Positions 12,481 through 26,772 of a stretch of DNA of 64,000 nt are shown one piece after another. The notes under the pieces are model-generated. The model saw only the letters and a program-made list of their open reading frames with translations, was not told the DNA's origin and did no database searches. The stretch lies in contig CM075997.1 in NCBI GenBank assembly GCA_038087875.1, positions 6,016,001 through 6,080,000 on the forward strand. Reading direction: 5' to 3'. Made by a program: the position numbers and the translations under genes. The first letter of the stretch is position 1. Each line of letters opens with the position of its first letter. The DNA comes from Malacoraja senta (Eukaryota).

Positions 12481-12849
12481 GGCTGGTTCCAGTTTTCAGA
12501 AACTGTTTGATGCACAACAACTTAATATAAGTAGATAAGACCTCAGATGGAGGGGGCAAAAAAAGGCTTATAATTTCAATGATGACTGTGCCAAACATGA
12601 TGTCAATTGTAATTTATTAAATCTGCCTGCACATGGCCGATATCGCTCCATTCCATATGTTCATGTGCCTGTCTAAATGCCTCTTAAATGTTGCTATTGT
12701 ATCTGCTTCCTCATGCTACAGTGTGTTGGAGGCACTAACCACTGTAGCATGTGGAAGCAGATACTGGAGTAACTCAGCAGGACATACAGCATCTCTGGAG
12801 AGAAGGAATAGGTGACATTTTGGGTCGAGACACTTCTTCAGAATGTTCC

Positions 12850-13830
12850 TCATATGGATTCAGAACTGGCTTATTTATGGAAGTCAGAGGATTATGATGG
12901 TATTCTGGTTGGAGGTCTGTGATCAGTGAAGTCCAACAGGGATCAGTGCTGGGACTTCTGCTATTTGTGATATATATAAATGACCTGGACGCAAATGTAG
13001 ATGAATTGGTGAGTAAGTTTACAGACAACACAAAAATTGGGGGAATTGCAGACAATAAGGAAGGCTTTGAAAAGATACATCAAGATATAGATCAGCTGCA
13101 GAAATGGGTGGAAAAAAGGCAGATGGAATTGATCCCAAGCAAGAGTGTGGTGTTGCACTTTGGGAGGTTGACTGTAAGGGGAAAGTACCCAGTTAATGTC
13201 ATGACTCTTGACAGCAATGATGTGCAGAGGGATCTTGAAGTCTACATTCATAGTTCACTGAAGATGGCAGCTCAAGTAGATAGAGTGGTAAAGCAGGCGT
13301 CTGGTATCCTTGCCTTCATTGTAGGGGCTTTGAGTATAAAAGTTGGGAAGTCATGAAACAGCTCTAGAGGCCTCATTTGGAGTATTGCATGTCGTTCTGG
13401 TCGCCCTGTTACATACAGGAAGGATGTGGAGGCTTTGGAGAGGGTGCAGAGGAGTTTTACCAGAATGCTGCCTTGATTAGAGGGTTTCAGCTACAAGGAG
13501 AGATTGGATAAACTTGGATTGTTTTCTCTGGAATGTCAGAGGGGAGACTTGATGGAAATATACCTAATTATGAGAGACATAGATAAACTGTCAGAACCTT
13601 TTTCAAAGGGTGGAAATATCCAATACTAGAAGGCATAGCTATACGGTGAGAGGGGGAAACGTTTAATGGAGATATGCAGGGCAAGTTGTTTACACACAGA
13701 GTGGTGGGGCCTGGATTCCACCATTGCCAGGGGTGATGGTGGAAGCAGACACAATAGTGGAAGTGCAAGGAATAGAGGGATATGGATCATGTACAGGCAG
13801 GAGATCATGTTTGGCACAAATATTGAACCA
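12850..13830 (+). mobile_element. Degraded CR1 LINE RT/3' fragment
   Basis: QGSVLGLLLFVIYINDLD...SKFTDNTKIGG (ORF 12919-13356). Confidence 0.85.
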
Positions 13831-16800
13831 AAGTATCCATTCCTGCATGTACTGGGTCCTACATATATCCAACAGAGAGTCAGGCATAGATGGCAGAGGA
13901 CTGGTTAGATATTCTTTGAAGAAAAAAGTGTTTAGACAAGAGCCATCAACAGACAGGGATTTTATGAATATGCGCTACTGGTGCAGGCAGATGTGGGCCA
14001 AGGTGCTTTTTCGTTTCATTTCGTGACCCAAATCACGTATCTACCTGTATTTTTAACATATTGTGTAAAAATATTATATAAAACATACCTGAAACTCGTC
14101 AAGAACAAAACCTGCGCATATTTTTAAAATATGAGAAAAACCTCAAATTTTCCGAGTAGTAATTGTCCAGTCAAAGCACGTTTGACACTGAGTCGGATGC
14201 CTATTGACCAATCACGCGCTTTGTTTCAGGCTAGCTACGCAGGGAGCACCCTGGGATCATGGCGGAGAGAACGGTTTGTGAAAGAAGTTTTAAACTGTCA
14301 AAACAATAATACAAATCACCTCACATGATTATCGTGCACCATAATAGACCATGACTATGATTGATGATTACTGTGAACTTTCAGCAAGTTGTCATCTAGT
14401 TTTTGCAAGAGAGTGAACTGCAGATTACTGTGCATGCATAAGAGTTCAACTTTGAGGAATACTCTGGATAAGAATACTTTGAATATCCAACTGTACTAAA
14501 GTAACAATGTTTTCCAAAAAGGAGACATGATTATTATTGTGAGATTGTAGTGTTTTCTTTCGTACATCGCGTATAAACAAATAAAAATGCAATGTTTCTG
14601 TTTGTAAACTAGCCATTCACGATATACTGTACCCACCTATGAAATCTAAACCAAATGATTGGGAAAATAAATGATTATATACAGTGTTTAGTGTGTCCAA
14701 GTTTGAATTGATATGAACCTGGGAGCGAGGAATACAACCCAACATTGATTACCATAGGGTTGAGAAAGGTCCGCCTGTTCATTTCAGTTACAGCGCACGC
14801 GGTGGTTGGATCGATTTTAATCAACAGGTTCCTGGCAATGCAGTGAGGAATGATCTCACTTTTCAGAGAGGGGTACACATCACCGTGACCCCAAAATGTA
14901 CCATAGGTTGTGCTTCATTCTCCGTGATGGGTTGGGAGACAGCCCGAGGGCAGGCGGTGATTGAGGCCGCTAAAAGTTAATGAACAGTGTACTTGCTCAT
15001 CCAGATCAAGTCCAGCGATCCTGGACACTGGTTCATGCAAAGTACCTAAAACAAAGTTACTTTTCTCTGGTAGAAGCACGATGCTGGAGTAACTCAGCGG
15101 GACAGGCAGCATCTCTGCAGAAAAGGAATAGGTGTCGTTTGGGGTCGAGTCCCTTCTTCAGTCTGAGAGACACAGATATCTTTAGTTTCTCTCTCCCCTC
15201 ACTCTCAAACTGAAGAAGGGTCTGGACCCGAAATGTTGCCAATCCATTTTCTCCTGAGATGCTGCCTCATCCGCTGAGTTACTCCTGCAAGTGTATCTAC
15301 CAGAGGAAAGTAACTGGCAGTCAGTGGGGAAAGCACAGGAGCTGCCCTCACCCATTAATTAGGCGGGTTCATGAGTCGGGGAAACCCAGGTCAGCTCGGC
15401 CTGGGCTGCACAAAGTAGCAAACTTGGCTGGGCCGCCAGAGGTAAACTTGTGGGGAGGGCAGGAGCATTGAGAAGGAGGGGGTCGGAGATCATGGCAGCA
15501 ACTCACTCACCGCTGCTGCGGCGCTCTGGGCGTGGAGCCACTGCATTGTGGCCGGGGAGGGAAGTAGCTTGGGTGGCTGCGAGCGGCTGCCGGGACTGGA
15601 CAGCGGAACCGGCCGCCACCTCAGCGCCTTCTGCCGGCCAGCCAGCCAGCCACGGTAACTTCGGCACAGGCGCAACCGGTGGAGGTGGTGGTTGGCGGGT
15701 AGCTACTGGGCGGAAGGCTGGCTGCTCCGTTCCGGGCTCTCTCTCTCTCTCTCCCTCTCCCCGTTATGTGATCTCCCTGAGCCAGGAAGTAAATAGCCCG
15801 CAGCACGGAATCCAGCTCCCCATAGAGTAATATTAAGCTACCTATTATTGAGCACTAGATGGCGATGTTACTTTTTCTAATACATTTTCTAATTATCTTA
15901 AATAATTAGTGTGCAACCTTTGGCAATGACGAGTTACGAATTCCTTCTTAATGATATTTTATCTAAATCTGTGCCAAATTTCAGGCAGATACCAGACATG
16001 GGTGACGAAAGTTAAATTCTAGACGCTTTTTCAGTGCTCGGCCCACGGCCTAATTAAATTAACATTGTGGTCAATGCTAGACTGTTTTATGGTCTGTAAG
16101 GAAGTTCAAATTTTGCTTCAGGCTTTTTCACCGCAGTGTTTGAATTGTAACTTTGTGTTGCTGGTGGGGAGCCTCATCTGCAGGAAACACCTGGCAGAAT
16201 TTCAGGCATTGAAGTTCATGATTTACTAACCAATAATTCCAGTAAAATCATTCATATCAGGGAGCCCAACAGGGAGCACAGAAACAGTTATTTATAAGCC
16301 TATAGTTAATTAATTATCTAATTTCCTGAAAACAGGCTTATACTGTGGTGCATTTTTTTAATTGCTAAGTAAGTGTAACATTGTTAATTTAACATTGTGC
16401 CATGCGCGCTGTGCAGTTCTCCTTGAATAACCCTTCAAGACAAGAAACATTGGGCCTAGATTCACCATATGGCTTGCTTCCAATTTAAAAAAGCATTGAA
16501 ATATTCATCCACAAAACTGGATCATGTAGCTCTGTATCATTAAGAATTATGTGTATAAATTGCATTTTTGTCAGTAACTCACAAAAATCTGGCTAATCTA
16601 AGTGATTTGCACAGATTTAAAAAAATGATCAGATAATTTTAATGTGCATGGCAGATGTGTTGTAGGTAGATGGAACAATGCTGCCATACATCGTGCATTA
16701 CTTATTTTGAACATTGCCCATTGATATAAAGTAACATTTTATGCTTAAGGTTAGCTGCAGGCCACTCACTGGGAAATGTGTTTCCACTGCACAATAAGCT

Positions 16801-19800
16801 TGGAACTGTTTAAAGGGATACTCGAATGATTGAACGATTATGTAACCTCTTTCCAGTTATCACTTTTTTACGGAGGTATTTCTGTGTTAGCCTTAAATTA
16901 AAGTGAAAGATTAGAAGTCATAGACATTGTAGTGATCCCAACAGATGTGAAGAAGAACTTGTGTCATTAAACTGGGAAAACTAGAGAAGAATAACAAGGA
17001 TGTTGCCAGTACATGAGGGCCAGGACATGAGTTATTGGGAGAGGTTGGGCAGCATAGGACTTTATTGCTTGAAGCACAGGAGGCAGAGGGGTGATCTTAT
17101 AGAGGTGTATAAAATCATGAGAGGAACAGATAGGGTGAATGCACACACTTTTACCAGGGGTAGGAAAATCATGAATCAAAGAACATAGGTTTAAGGTGAG
17201 AGAGGAAAGATTTAATAGGAACTTGAGGGGCAACCTTTTCACTTAGAGGAACGAGCTGCCAAAGGAAATGGTTGAGACAGCTGTATGACACTCTGACTCA
17301 ATGACCCTATTCCCAAAAGGTAGAGTGGCCCAGGCTCCTACCTCCAGCTGTTCAAAGACACGTATACCTATGAATTGACTGAGTCAGCATTGATAGAGAT
17401 GTGACCTGTGGGCTGAGCTGCTGCCAAAACATGCCTGGCTTATTTTCCATTTATGCCAACGTCTCTATCTTCCAAACTGTTTCAGTTAGGGTAGCTGATC
17501 TGCGCCATGTTTTCTGCTAAGTGTGTGCTGGAGAATTAGGGAGGTTACTGATGTTCCACACTCTGGGAACATGGACTTGGACTCTGCTCATTGAAAAGTA
17601 AACCATCGGATTAAGTGGGGAATCTGAAACCCTGCGCGCTTCATAAAGGCTGGTGCAGTCAATCATGAAGAAAAAAATCATGTCAATGTCATGGTACACT
17701 GGAGAGATTCTGTCCCTTTTATTTGCCTCCTTTTTTAACCTATCTATAATGTGACTGATGAGACTGAGCATCTTTGTACCAATTGTTGTAAGACCTCGGT
17801 CAAGAAAGCCACAAGACCTAGTCTTTGGTTGAAGCCTTTCAGTAATTGGATGAGGAAGAGACGAAGGAAGAGGATAAGTTCGTAGAGGAATCAAGAACCA
17901 GGCATAACTAATGACACTCAGGTGGATGTTGGGGGGGAACTCTAAAGGGAGGGAGGCAGGGGGGGAGGGATGGAAATCCCCAGAAATGCTGTGAGAACTA
18001 ATCATTGTCTAGAGATTCTACTAATGCCTCACTTCACACTTCAAAGGTTTCAAATGAACGAGTTGCTACTGAGAAGGGATACGAAGGACACTCTCACACC
18101 ACCTGCCTTTAGAATTCAATTTGAAAGTCTATTCAGGAAGTTTATTATGTGACTCTCACTCCATATTTCAACTTCATGCACATCACCTAACGTTGTTGCC
18201 AAAAGCCTAATTATGTTAACAGTTAATCCCAGAACAACCTTCACAACTGAGGGACAGGGTTGACGCAAAAGTAATAAACAGCCGCAGTCCATGACTCCAT
18301 TCTGATCTTCAAAAGAATTCTTTGCCTAAAGTAGTTCCAAATTGCTGAATTATTAAAATATGCCTCCAAGATTGCTTCATTATCATCAAAGATTGTCATA
18401 TATTCCTTAATATATCCAGAGAAATCATTCATTGATCTCCTAGAGCTATATTATGATTGAAGTTTCCAGATCTGAATTTGAAAAAATCAGTATAACTGCT
18501 GAAGGTAGACAAAAATGCTGGAGAAACTCAGCGGGTGAGGCAGCATCTATGTAGCGAAGGAAATAGGCGACGTCTCGGGTCGAGACCCTTCTTCAGACTC
18601 TGATAACTGCTGATCTCAGTTAACTCATATCAGACTCTGCTTCTGGGGTACAACACTGAATAAATGAGAATTTGTGATGTATGAGACTCGAGATAAAAGT
18701 GAAGACAATGGGCGTCAAGGGAAAATGCCCTTAAATGGTCAGCATAAACCTCACACAACAACAAAAATCATCCCACCCCCAGGACATGACTGCAGGCTTT
18801 CCTTGGCCATTTAATTAAAGATGTTGGTGAAATGATTTTAGAGACATTGAGTCATGCAGCGTCGAATGGGTTCTTTGACACATAAATCTATGCCAACCTT
18901 TTTGTCTATTCTAATGTCAAGACCATAAATATCAGAGCATTAATGATAGAGCAACTTACTAATTAATAATCTGAACTCTTCATTCTCACTGACAACTTTT
19001 CAACTTGGTTTGCTGTGTCTGCTGCTTCCATTTCTGAGTTCTTGTACTGTGGCTGTCACCAAGGTAGTGAATGGGTGGATTGCAGAATGAGTCTTTTACC
19101 CAGGGTAGGGAAATCTAAACAAAAGGTCTGTTAAAGCAAGGGTTTAGTATATTGGTAAATTTATAAAATGACATATAGATACAAATTATTTTTTGCTGTA
19201 AGTCAATACTCGGTGTATTGTATGGAGCACTGTTTGAATTTCATGATGGCTTTCTTGGGGAAAATTAGACTTATTAATGTGTTCACTGACCAAAAAAACA
19301 AGTTTTCCATCACTTCAATGACAGGCTTCTGTGGGGCAGGGCATAGAAAAACTGTCTCTTCCTTTCCACACCTTGCACTAGGATATGTTGTACATGCTCT
19401 TGTGCCTCTTCTACCACTGGTTCCTCAATATATCTAAAAGCGGTAGAATTTTCCTTCCAGTTGCGTTTGAAGACATTGAGCACTTTCCATGTTAAGAAAC
19501 TCACCCAGAGCTACTGGTGCTAACAACTGCCAAAATTCAATCCTGTCGAAAAGTACAGTTACAAAAGATAGTTGTTGGTTGGACACTGTGATAATGAGGA
19601 TGAGGAGCGTCCACTAATTTTAGACCCAATTTATGCCAAATCAAACTAGTATGGATTTTACTGTGTGATCCTATTTCTACCCTCATGAATCTTGAGGAAC
19701 TGGAATGGCTACAAAAAAAATGTTTTAATTAACTGTGATACTCCTTAAAAAAACCTTTTACAGTAATCTCTCATGTCTTAAAAAATATTTGATTGCTGCT

Positions 19801-19904
19801 ATTAAAAACAGAACCACCCTGGACATCATCTCTCCTCAATGAGAGTGCTCACTCAAATGGGAAAACAGTGCCTAAAAGTCTTATTTCTGTTTCTCACATT
19901 CTAG

Positions 19905-20045
19905 TTGCTAACCAATCACTATGACAGATGTTGGAAATACTACTGTCTTCCATCTGGATGGGCAAATTATGGTGTAACATCTGAAGAAGAACTCCATCTG
20001 ACTCGGAAACTCTTCTGGGGAATCTTTGAGTCGGTGTCTCAGAAG
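19905..20045 (+). CDS. RYR1: RyR coding exon (~exon 50)
   Basis: ctag|TTG...AAG|gtata, 141 bp; [47 protein letters not shown]. Confidence 0.95.
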
Positions 20046-20421
20046 GTATACTTATTGAAAGGACCAGCTAAGTTGTTAAATATCATTATGAATTTTCACA
20101 CAATCATGTTTCAAAAAAAAATGTCAAGATTAAGCATGTTTATACGAGAATGAAATTCTTCTTCCAATTTTATATTTTCAGTTTTTAATTTTCTCATTGT
20201 AATTGAGTAAAATCTCTGTCTTCCATGTTCCAATAATGTAATTCCATGTTCCAAACAGTAGTTTGTGGCATTAGCGAAAGTCAACAGGCATTACTAGTGC
20301 AGAGGAAAGCACAGCTCAATCCAGTCTTTTGAGAAAGGATCATGGAAAATCAACAACTAGATTTTCAATAATCTCTTTGTGATTGAAAGAAACTAAACTC
20401 TCTGGTTGAATTTTCTGTGAC

Positions 20422-21001
20422 CATGCGGGACAGGCGCATGGAATGGTGTGGAGGAGTGTGGAGTGGCGTGGAGGAGTGTGGACTTCGTCCTGCACTAAAT
20501 CTTCGCGCGCCACCGGCCTGTCGCGTAACTGACGGCCAAAGTGGGACAGGCCCAAGAATTTGGTGCGGCGCAACGTCTCACCTCCAACAGCAGCAGAAGC
20601 AGGCAAGCGATCACCGAGCTCGGCCTGGGGCTCACGGCCGTTGCGGAACTGGATCTGCCCCCACTGCTACTCCCAGAGTGGGGCCAGGACGATTGGAAAT
20701 AGACACAAAATGCTGGAGTAACTCAGCAGGAACGGCAGCTTCTCTGGAGAGAAGGAATGGGTGACGTTTCGGGTCGAGACCCTTCTTCAGATTGAAGAAG
20801 AGTCTCGACCCGAAACATCATCCATTCCTTCTCTCCAGTGATGCTGCCGGTCCCCCTGAGTTACTCCTGCATTTTGTGTCTATCGTTAAATGACGTCACG
20901 CGCTCCAGACGGCTGTGCGGACGCATGATGACGCGCGCGACCGTCGCGCTTCAGTCACCACCGGTCTGTCGCGTAAATGACGGCCATTTGGGACAGGCCC
21001 T
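20422..21001 (-). mobile_element. Harbinger-type MITE with embedded PLE-terminus palindrome (truncated; reverse complement of 40304-40865)
   Basis: Ends TGGGACAGGCCCT; internal TIR copy at ~20541; palindrome at 20699-20884. Confidence 0.8.
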
Positions 21002-21225
21002 TTGCAGCACTGTTTCATTAATTCCTTACCCAAGTAGCTATGCTTTTGTGGTGCAGGGAACTGGCCTTAAGCTCTTGAAAGCAATTTCAGTCATTAAATT
21101 GCTACTTCAGCCCATTCAATGTGTTTCATTTTGGACTCAACAAAACTGAACACACGCAAATAATTTATTGCAATACTGAAATACAGTATTGAAATATAAG
21201 TACAATAATTATGTGTATTTTACAG

Positions 21226-21389
21226 AAATATGATTCTGACTTGTTCAAGACGGTGATGCTGTGCCTTTGTGCGATCGCTGGTGCACTCTCTCCAGATTAC
21301 GTTGATGCCAGCTATTCCTCCAAGGTTGAGAAGAAAGCTTCAGTGGATTCAGAAGGCAACTTTGACCCTAAACCTGTGGACACAATGAA
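21226..21389 (+). CDS. RYR1: RyR coding exon (~exon 51)
   Basis: tacag|AAA...AA|gtatg, 164 bp; [54 protein letters not shown]. Confidence 0.95.
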
Positions 21390-23741
21390 GTATGAATTGT
21401 TTTAATCATAGTCTCAGTTACATTTCAGACTTTGTTTAACTTGAATAAAATTCCAATAATCTGGCACACTCAGGATGTTGATGCTGCGTTAGTAGTTTTT
21501 CCAGACTATTGGATGTTATTCTATTCATGTCCAGCAGTTCTTTAAATCACTTTAAGGCATTTTCTACCTAACTTGGGAATTATAAAAGGAGCACAGGAAA
21601 TGGCACCCTGGTCATTTTAAGGAGAGTGGAGGAATCAGGCCCTCAGTAAGTGAAAGTGAGTGTGGGAACGACCCCGAGAGCGCAGAATCAAGATGATGAA
21701 GGAGGCGTTTGGCATGCTTCAATTCATCAGTCAGGGCACCAAAAATAACAATTAGGACGTCATGTTACAACTGCACAAGGTGGTGAGACAGCACTTGGAG
21801 TATGTGTGGTTTTGGTTGCCTAGTTCTATGCAGGATGTAATTAAGCTGCAAATGGATGTTGCCAGAACTGGAGGGCTTGAATTTTAAGGGGAGACTGGAT
21901 AATTGGGACATAGGAGGCTGAGGGGACCTTATGGAGATACATAATATCATGAGGGAAATAAAAATGGTCACAGTCGTCGTCCGAGGATAGGAAAGTCTAA
22001 AACTGAAGGGCACAGGGTTAATGTTAGAGGGGAAGATTTAAAGGGGGCTCAAGGGACCAAAGCATCAGGGTTTCCAAATGCTCAGATGGTCAATTATCAG
22101 CATTTTGCTGTGTTACTTGTGATATGAATAATACAATAATAGATAACTTTGGTAATTAAAGGAGAACAACATGTATATACATGTGTGACTTGCATGTCAT
22201 GTTGTGTTTCCCATTTTGTAAGGAATCTGTTCCAACATACCAGTTGAGTGTGTTTATTGGCACCATTCATCATGGAGTTTCAGCATCGAAAGGATGGTCA
22301 TCATCAGTGAAATTACTTCATAAACCAGTCATACATTTTTGAGAGTGACACTATTACTTTTGGAAACTTAACAGAACAGAGGACTGGCAACGAGAAAAAC
22401 TACCATTTTCCAAAATGCTAGGGAAGGGATTTCCCCCAGCTCACTATTGCCCAAACCCTCGGCTTAAAAACTAACCTAGATTTTCTAATTTCAAAAGAAA
22501 ACCACTCTATTACAAACCGATTGAAATAGAAAGGGGAGTGGGCAGAGATTGTGGTCCATTTTGGTACCAATCATATATATAGGAAGAGATATGAGGTCGT
22601 GCAAAGTTAGATAGTATATTTGTGATTCAATTCACTGATTCAATTATACTATATTGTCACATGTACTGAGGTACAGTGAAATGCTTTGTTTTTACAACCC
22701 GGGAAAATCATAAAGCAGACCTCAGCTCGGCAGTACATAAGCGTTGCCACATTTTGGCTCCAACAAAGTTGCAAAAGTTCTCCAAACAGTCCCATCTACT
22801 GCCTCATACCCGGGTCCCCTTTCGTTCTTGGCACCCCCCCCCAGGGTTGTAATCTTAAGAATACTCCCTGTGCCATGTGCTACTGAGAACAGAAATTGGA
22901 AGATGGTATAGTTGAATACTTGGATAAATAACTGGTGTAAGAGACAGTGCTTCAGATACCTGGATCATTAAGGCAGTTGGGACCTGTATAAGAAAAATAG
23001 CTTGCACCTAATCTGGAGGGGTAGCAATTTCCTTGCAGGGACGTTCGCGAGTGCTATTTGGGAGTGTGGAAAATAGTATGGCAGACAGGTGGGAACCGGA
23101 GCCGTGTGTCACCAGGTGGAGTCAATGAGGAGAAGATTAAGGCTCAGTCCAGTCCAATAGCAATAACAGGACATTGGTTTAAAGTGAGGGAGGGAAAGTT
23201 TAAAGGAAATTAAAAAATATTTACACAGAGAGTGGTAAGTGCATGGAACGTGCTGTCAGGAATGGTGATAGAAACATATTAACATTTAAGACGCATTTAG
23301 ATAAACTCATGAACAGACAGGGAGTAGCATAATAAGGACATGATATTTGTTTAGATTGGCTTTATAGCTAGCGTGGACATGGTGGCTGAAGGGCCCATTA
23401 CTGCATGCTTTATGTTCAACTCTTATGTTCTGTGCATTCTAATGAGATTATCATTTAAAAATTGCATTTCAACCTAGGTTTTGCCATACCATAATAGTGC
23501 TCTGCAAGTATGGACAGAAATAATAACTGCAAAATGATTAAATAGAAGTGGATAAATATGCATAAGGAATTAATAAGATATGGCATTTTCAGTGAATGAG
23601 ATATTGAGAGCAGCTTAGTCTTGGGAAATAGCAAGGTTTGATCATAAATAATAGATAAGGAAGAATTTTTTATATGGAGTAGAGCAGATTTTCTAAAACC
23701 GTTTGTGAATCAAACTGTTTGATATCATGTGACTTTTACAG

Positions 23742-23820
23742 TGTCATAATTCCTGAAAAATTGGACCCCATTATCAACAAGTATGCAGAGTATACACATG
23801 ACAAGTGGGCTTTCGAGAAG
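23742..23820 (+). CDS. RYR1: RyR coding exon (~exon 52)
   Basis: tacag|T...AAG|gtagg, 79 bp; [26 protein letters not shown] (RyR repeat 3). Confidence 0.95.
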
Positions 23821-24424
23821 GTAGGATATTTCAGCTGTTTTTAATTTCTTAATTATATATAGTTTGTTTTACTGCAGGAATATATAGTCATCAATCAGAT
23901 ACTTGTATTATCATAAAAACTAATCTATGCAGAAGGTTTGTAATATATTTGATTTTATATATTATAGTTGATCACTGTTTGTGTGAACTCTATGGCAGCT
24001 TACAATACAGTCTTTGTTCTTGGACTTCTAATATGATCACACCAAAAAAAAGATCAAGGTAAAAGTTGAACTAAAACTTACTTTCTCAAACATAAAACAA
24101 AGTGCTGGAGGGACTCAGAAAGTCATGCAGCATCCGTGAAGGGAAATGGGCAGGGGATGTTTCGGGTTGGAACCCTTCTTCAGACTGATTGTAGGATGGA
24201 AATATCAAATATTAGAGAAAATAGTTTTACGGTGAGAGGGTTAAGGTTTAAAAGAGAAGTGTGGGGCAAGTGTTTTTACACAGAGAGTGGTGGGTGCCTG
24301 GAACATACTGCTAGACGTTTCCAGGCACCTGCCATCAAGGTGATAAGTAGTGACATTTAAGAGGCTTTTGGATTATGTGCAAGCAGATAACAGTCGTACT
24401 TGAAATCATGTTCGGCACAGACAT

Positions 24425-24925
24425 TGTGGGCTGAAGGTAGACAAAAAATGCTGGAGAAAGCGCGGGTGAGGCAGTACCCATGGAGAGAAAGAATAGGCGA
24501 TGTTTCGGGTCGAGACCCTTCTTCAGACTGATGTCGGGGGGGAGGGGGGGAAGAAAGGAAGAGGCGGAGACAGTTGGCTTTGTGGAAGAGCTGGGAAGGG
24601 GGAGGGTAAGGAGGGAGAAAGCAAGGGCTATCTAAAATTAGAGAAGTTAATGTTCATACCGCTGGAGTGTGAACTACCTAAGCGAAATATGTTTAAGAAG
24701 GAACTGCAGATGCTGGAAAATCGAAGGTAGACAAAAATGATGGAGAAACTCAGCGGGTGAGGCAGCATCTATGGAGCAAAGGAAATAGGCGGCGTATCAG
24801 GTCGAGTCTTCTTCAGACTGATGTAAGGGTGAGGGGGGGGGGGGTAGAAGAAAGGAAGAGGCCGAGATAGTGGGCTGAGGGATAGCTGGGAAGGGGACGA
24901 GAAAGCATGGACTACCTGAAATAGC
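24425..24925 (-). mobile_element. Tandem PLE 3' terminal fragments
   Basis: Two copies of tgctggagaaa..gggtgaggcagca..gtcgag(accc)ttcttcagactgatg plus the end of the endonuclease region. Confidence 0.75.
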
Positions 24926-26158
24926 TGGCCGCCTAATCTCCGGTCCCTTCCAACTATTCCACATGATGAAACGTTTACTAGGCCTCCATCATTTGATTTA
25001 CCTCCAATCCCGCAGTCCAACACCAGTGTCACAGTCACAGAGTGGAGAAACAGACCCTTCGGCCCAACCTGCCCACGCCGACCAACATCCCCCATCTACA
25101 CAAGTCCCACCTGCCTGCATTTGGCCCATATCCCTCTAAACCTATCCTATCCATGTACCTGTCTAAATGTTTCTTAAACATTGCGATAGTACTTGCCTCA
25201 ACTACCTCCTCTGGCAGCTCGTTCATACACATACCACCCTATGTGTAGAATAAAGTTACCCTTCAGGTTCTCATTAAATCGTTTCCCCCTCATTCCAAGG
25301 CTGTCCTCTGGTTCTCGATTTCCCCTACTCTGGGCAAAAGCCTCTGTGCATTTACCCACCTATTCCTCTCTTGATTTTGTACACCTCTACGAGATCACCC
25401 TTCATCCTCCTGTGCTCCGAGGAATAAAGTCCTAGTCTGCTCAACCTCAACATCAGGCTCTCGAGTCCTGACAACATCCTCGTCAATCTTCTCTGCACCC
25501 TTTCCAGCTTGACAACGTCTTTCTTATAAGATGGTGACCAAAACTGAACACAATCCTCTAGGAATGTGGCCTAGCCAACGTCTTATATAACTGCAACATG
25601 ACCTCCCAACTTCTATACAAACTGCAACACACATATTTCTCTGTTTTAAATTCCATCAACCATTCCTCAGCCCACCTGCCCAATCGATCAAGATGCAGCT
25701 GCAATTTTTGACAATCGTCTTCACTATCTACAATACCACCCTCTTTAATGTTGCAACCAAGCTAATTATGCCACTTATGTTCTCATCCAAATCATTGATG
25801 TAGATGGCAAGCAGCAATGGGCCCAGCGCAGAACCCTGAGGCACACCACTAGTCACAGGCATCCAGTCCTAAATACAAGCTTCCACCATCACCCTCAACT
25901 TCCTTCCATGAAGCCAAATTTCTATCCATTCAGCTATCCCTCCTTGGATGCCATGCGCTCTAACCTTCCAGAGCAGACTACCGTATAAACCTTGTCTAAT
26001 GCCTTCCTGATATCCATATATCCAACATCTACAACTCTGCACTCATCATTCTTTTAGGTCATATCTCCACAAAACTCCATCAGATTTGTAAGATACATAC
26101 AAACCCAAGCTGACTATTCCTAATCAGCCCTTGTCCATCTAAATGCGTGTATATCTCA

Positions 26159-26772
26159 AGGGCCTGTCCCACTTAGGCGATTTTTTCGGCGACTGCCGGT
26201 GACAGTCACAGTCGTAGCAGGTCGCCGAAAAAACGGTGACAACATCGCCTACGACAGTGTCTATGACAACCTACCACCTAGTCGACGTCAAGCTACCGTC
26301 AACCGGCGACCCATTAGGACGTCCACCTGTGACCACACCTATGACAACCTGCGACCACACGAGCGATAACCTACGACAACCGAAGTCAAGCGAAGTCCAC
26401 CCGCGACAAGCTACGACGAGTTACGACCCTGTCGGTGACAACTGAAGACAATTCAGTCGCCGGTACCTGTCGCCGGTTGACGTAGGTAGTCGCCAATGGA
26501 ACTCACCGAAGTCATCGCCCGGCAACAACCTACGTCATCCTGGCAACAACCTACGACAGCACCCACGACAGGAGAAGACAAGCTACGTTAAGCCCACAGT
26601 CACCAAAAGGTTTTGAACATTTCAAAATCAAGTGGCGAGAAGAATAAAGTGATGACTCTTTAGGTGACTTGAGGAGTCAACTCACGACCATACAGGAATC
26701 ATCCCGCGACCATGTGGTGACAGCCTAGTTGCCTGTAGTCGCCGCAAGATTCATGTAAGTGGGACAGGCCCT
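26159..26772. mobile_element. Harbinger-type MITE (cgac-rich family)
   Basis: TIRs AGGGCCTGTCCCACTTA...TAAGTGGGACAGGCCCT, flanks TCA/TTA, inserted in a CR1. Confidence 0.85.

Noticed and set aside
17500..19620. Minus-strand ORFs 17517-18005, 18241-18432 and 19310-19504 as a nested antisense gene
   Set aside because: No coherent splice structure. A faint resemblance to an ancient L1/Tx1 ORF2 (RCGKEETV) is too weak to call.
26200..26600. Regular cgac/acgacaacct repeats as a CRISPR-like array
   Set aside because: Eukaryotic context and no constant repeat-spacer period; they are the interior of a Harbinger MITE.
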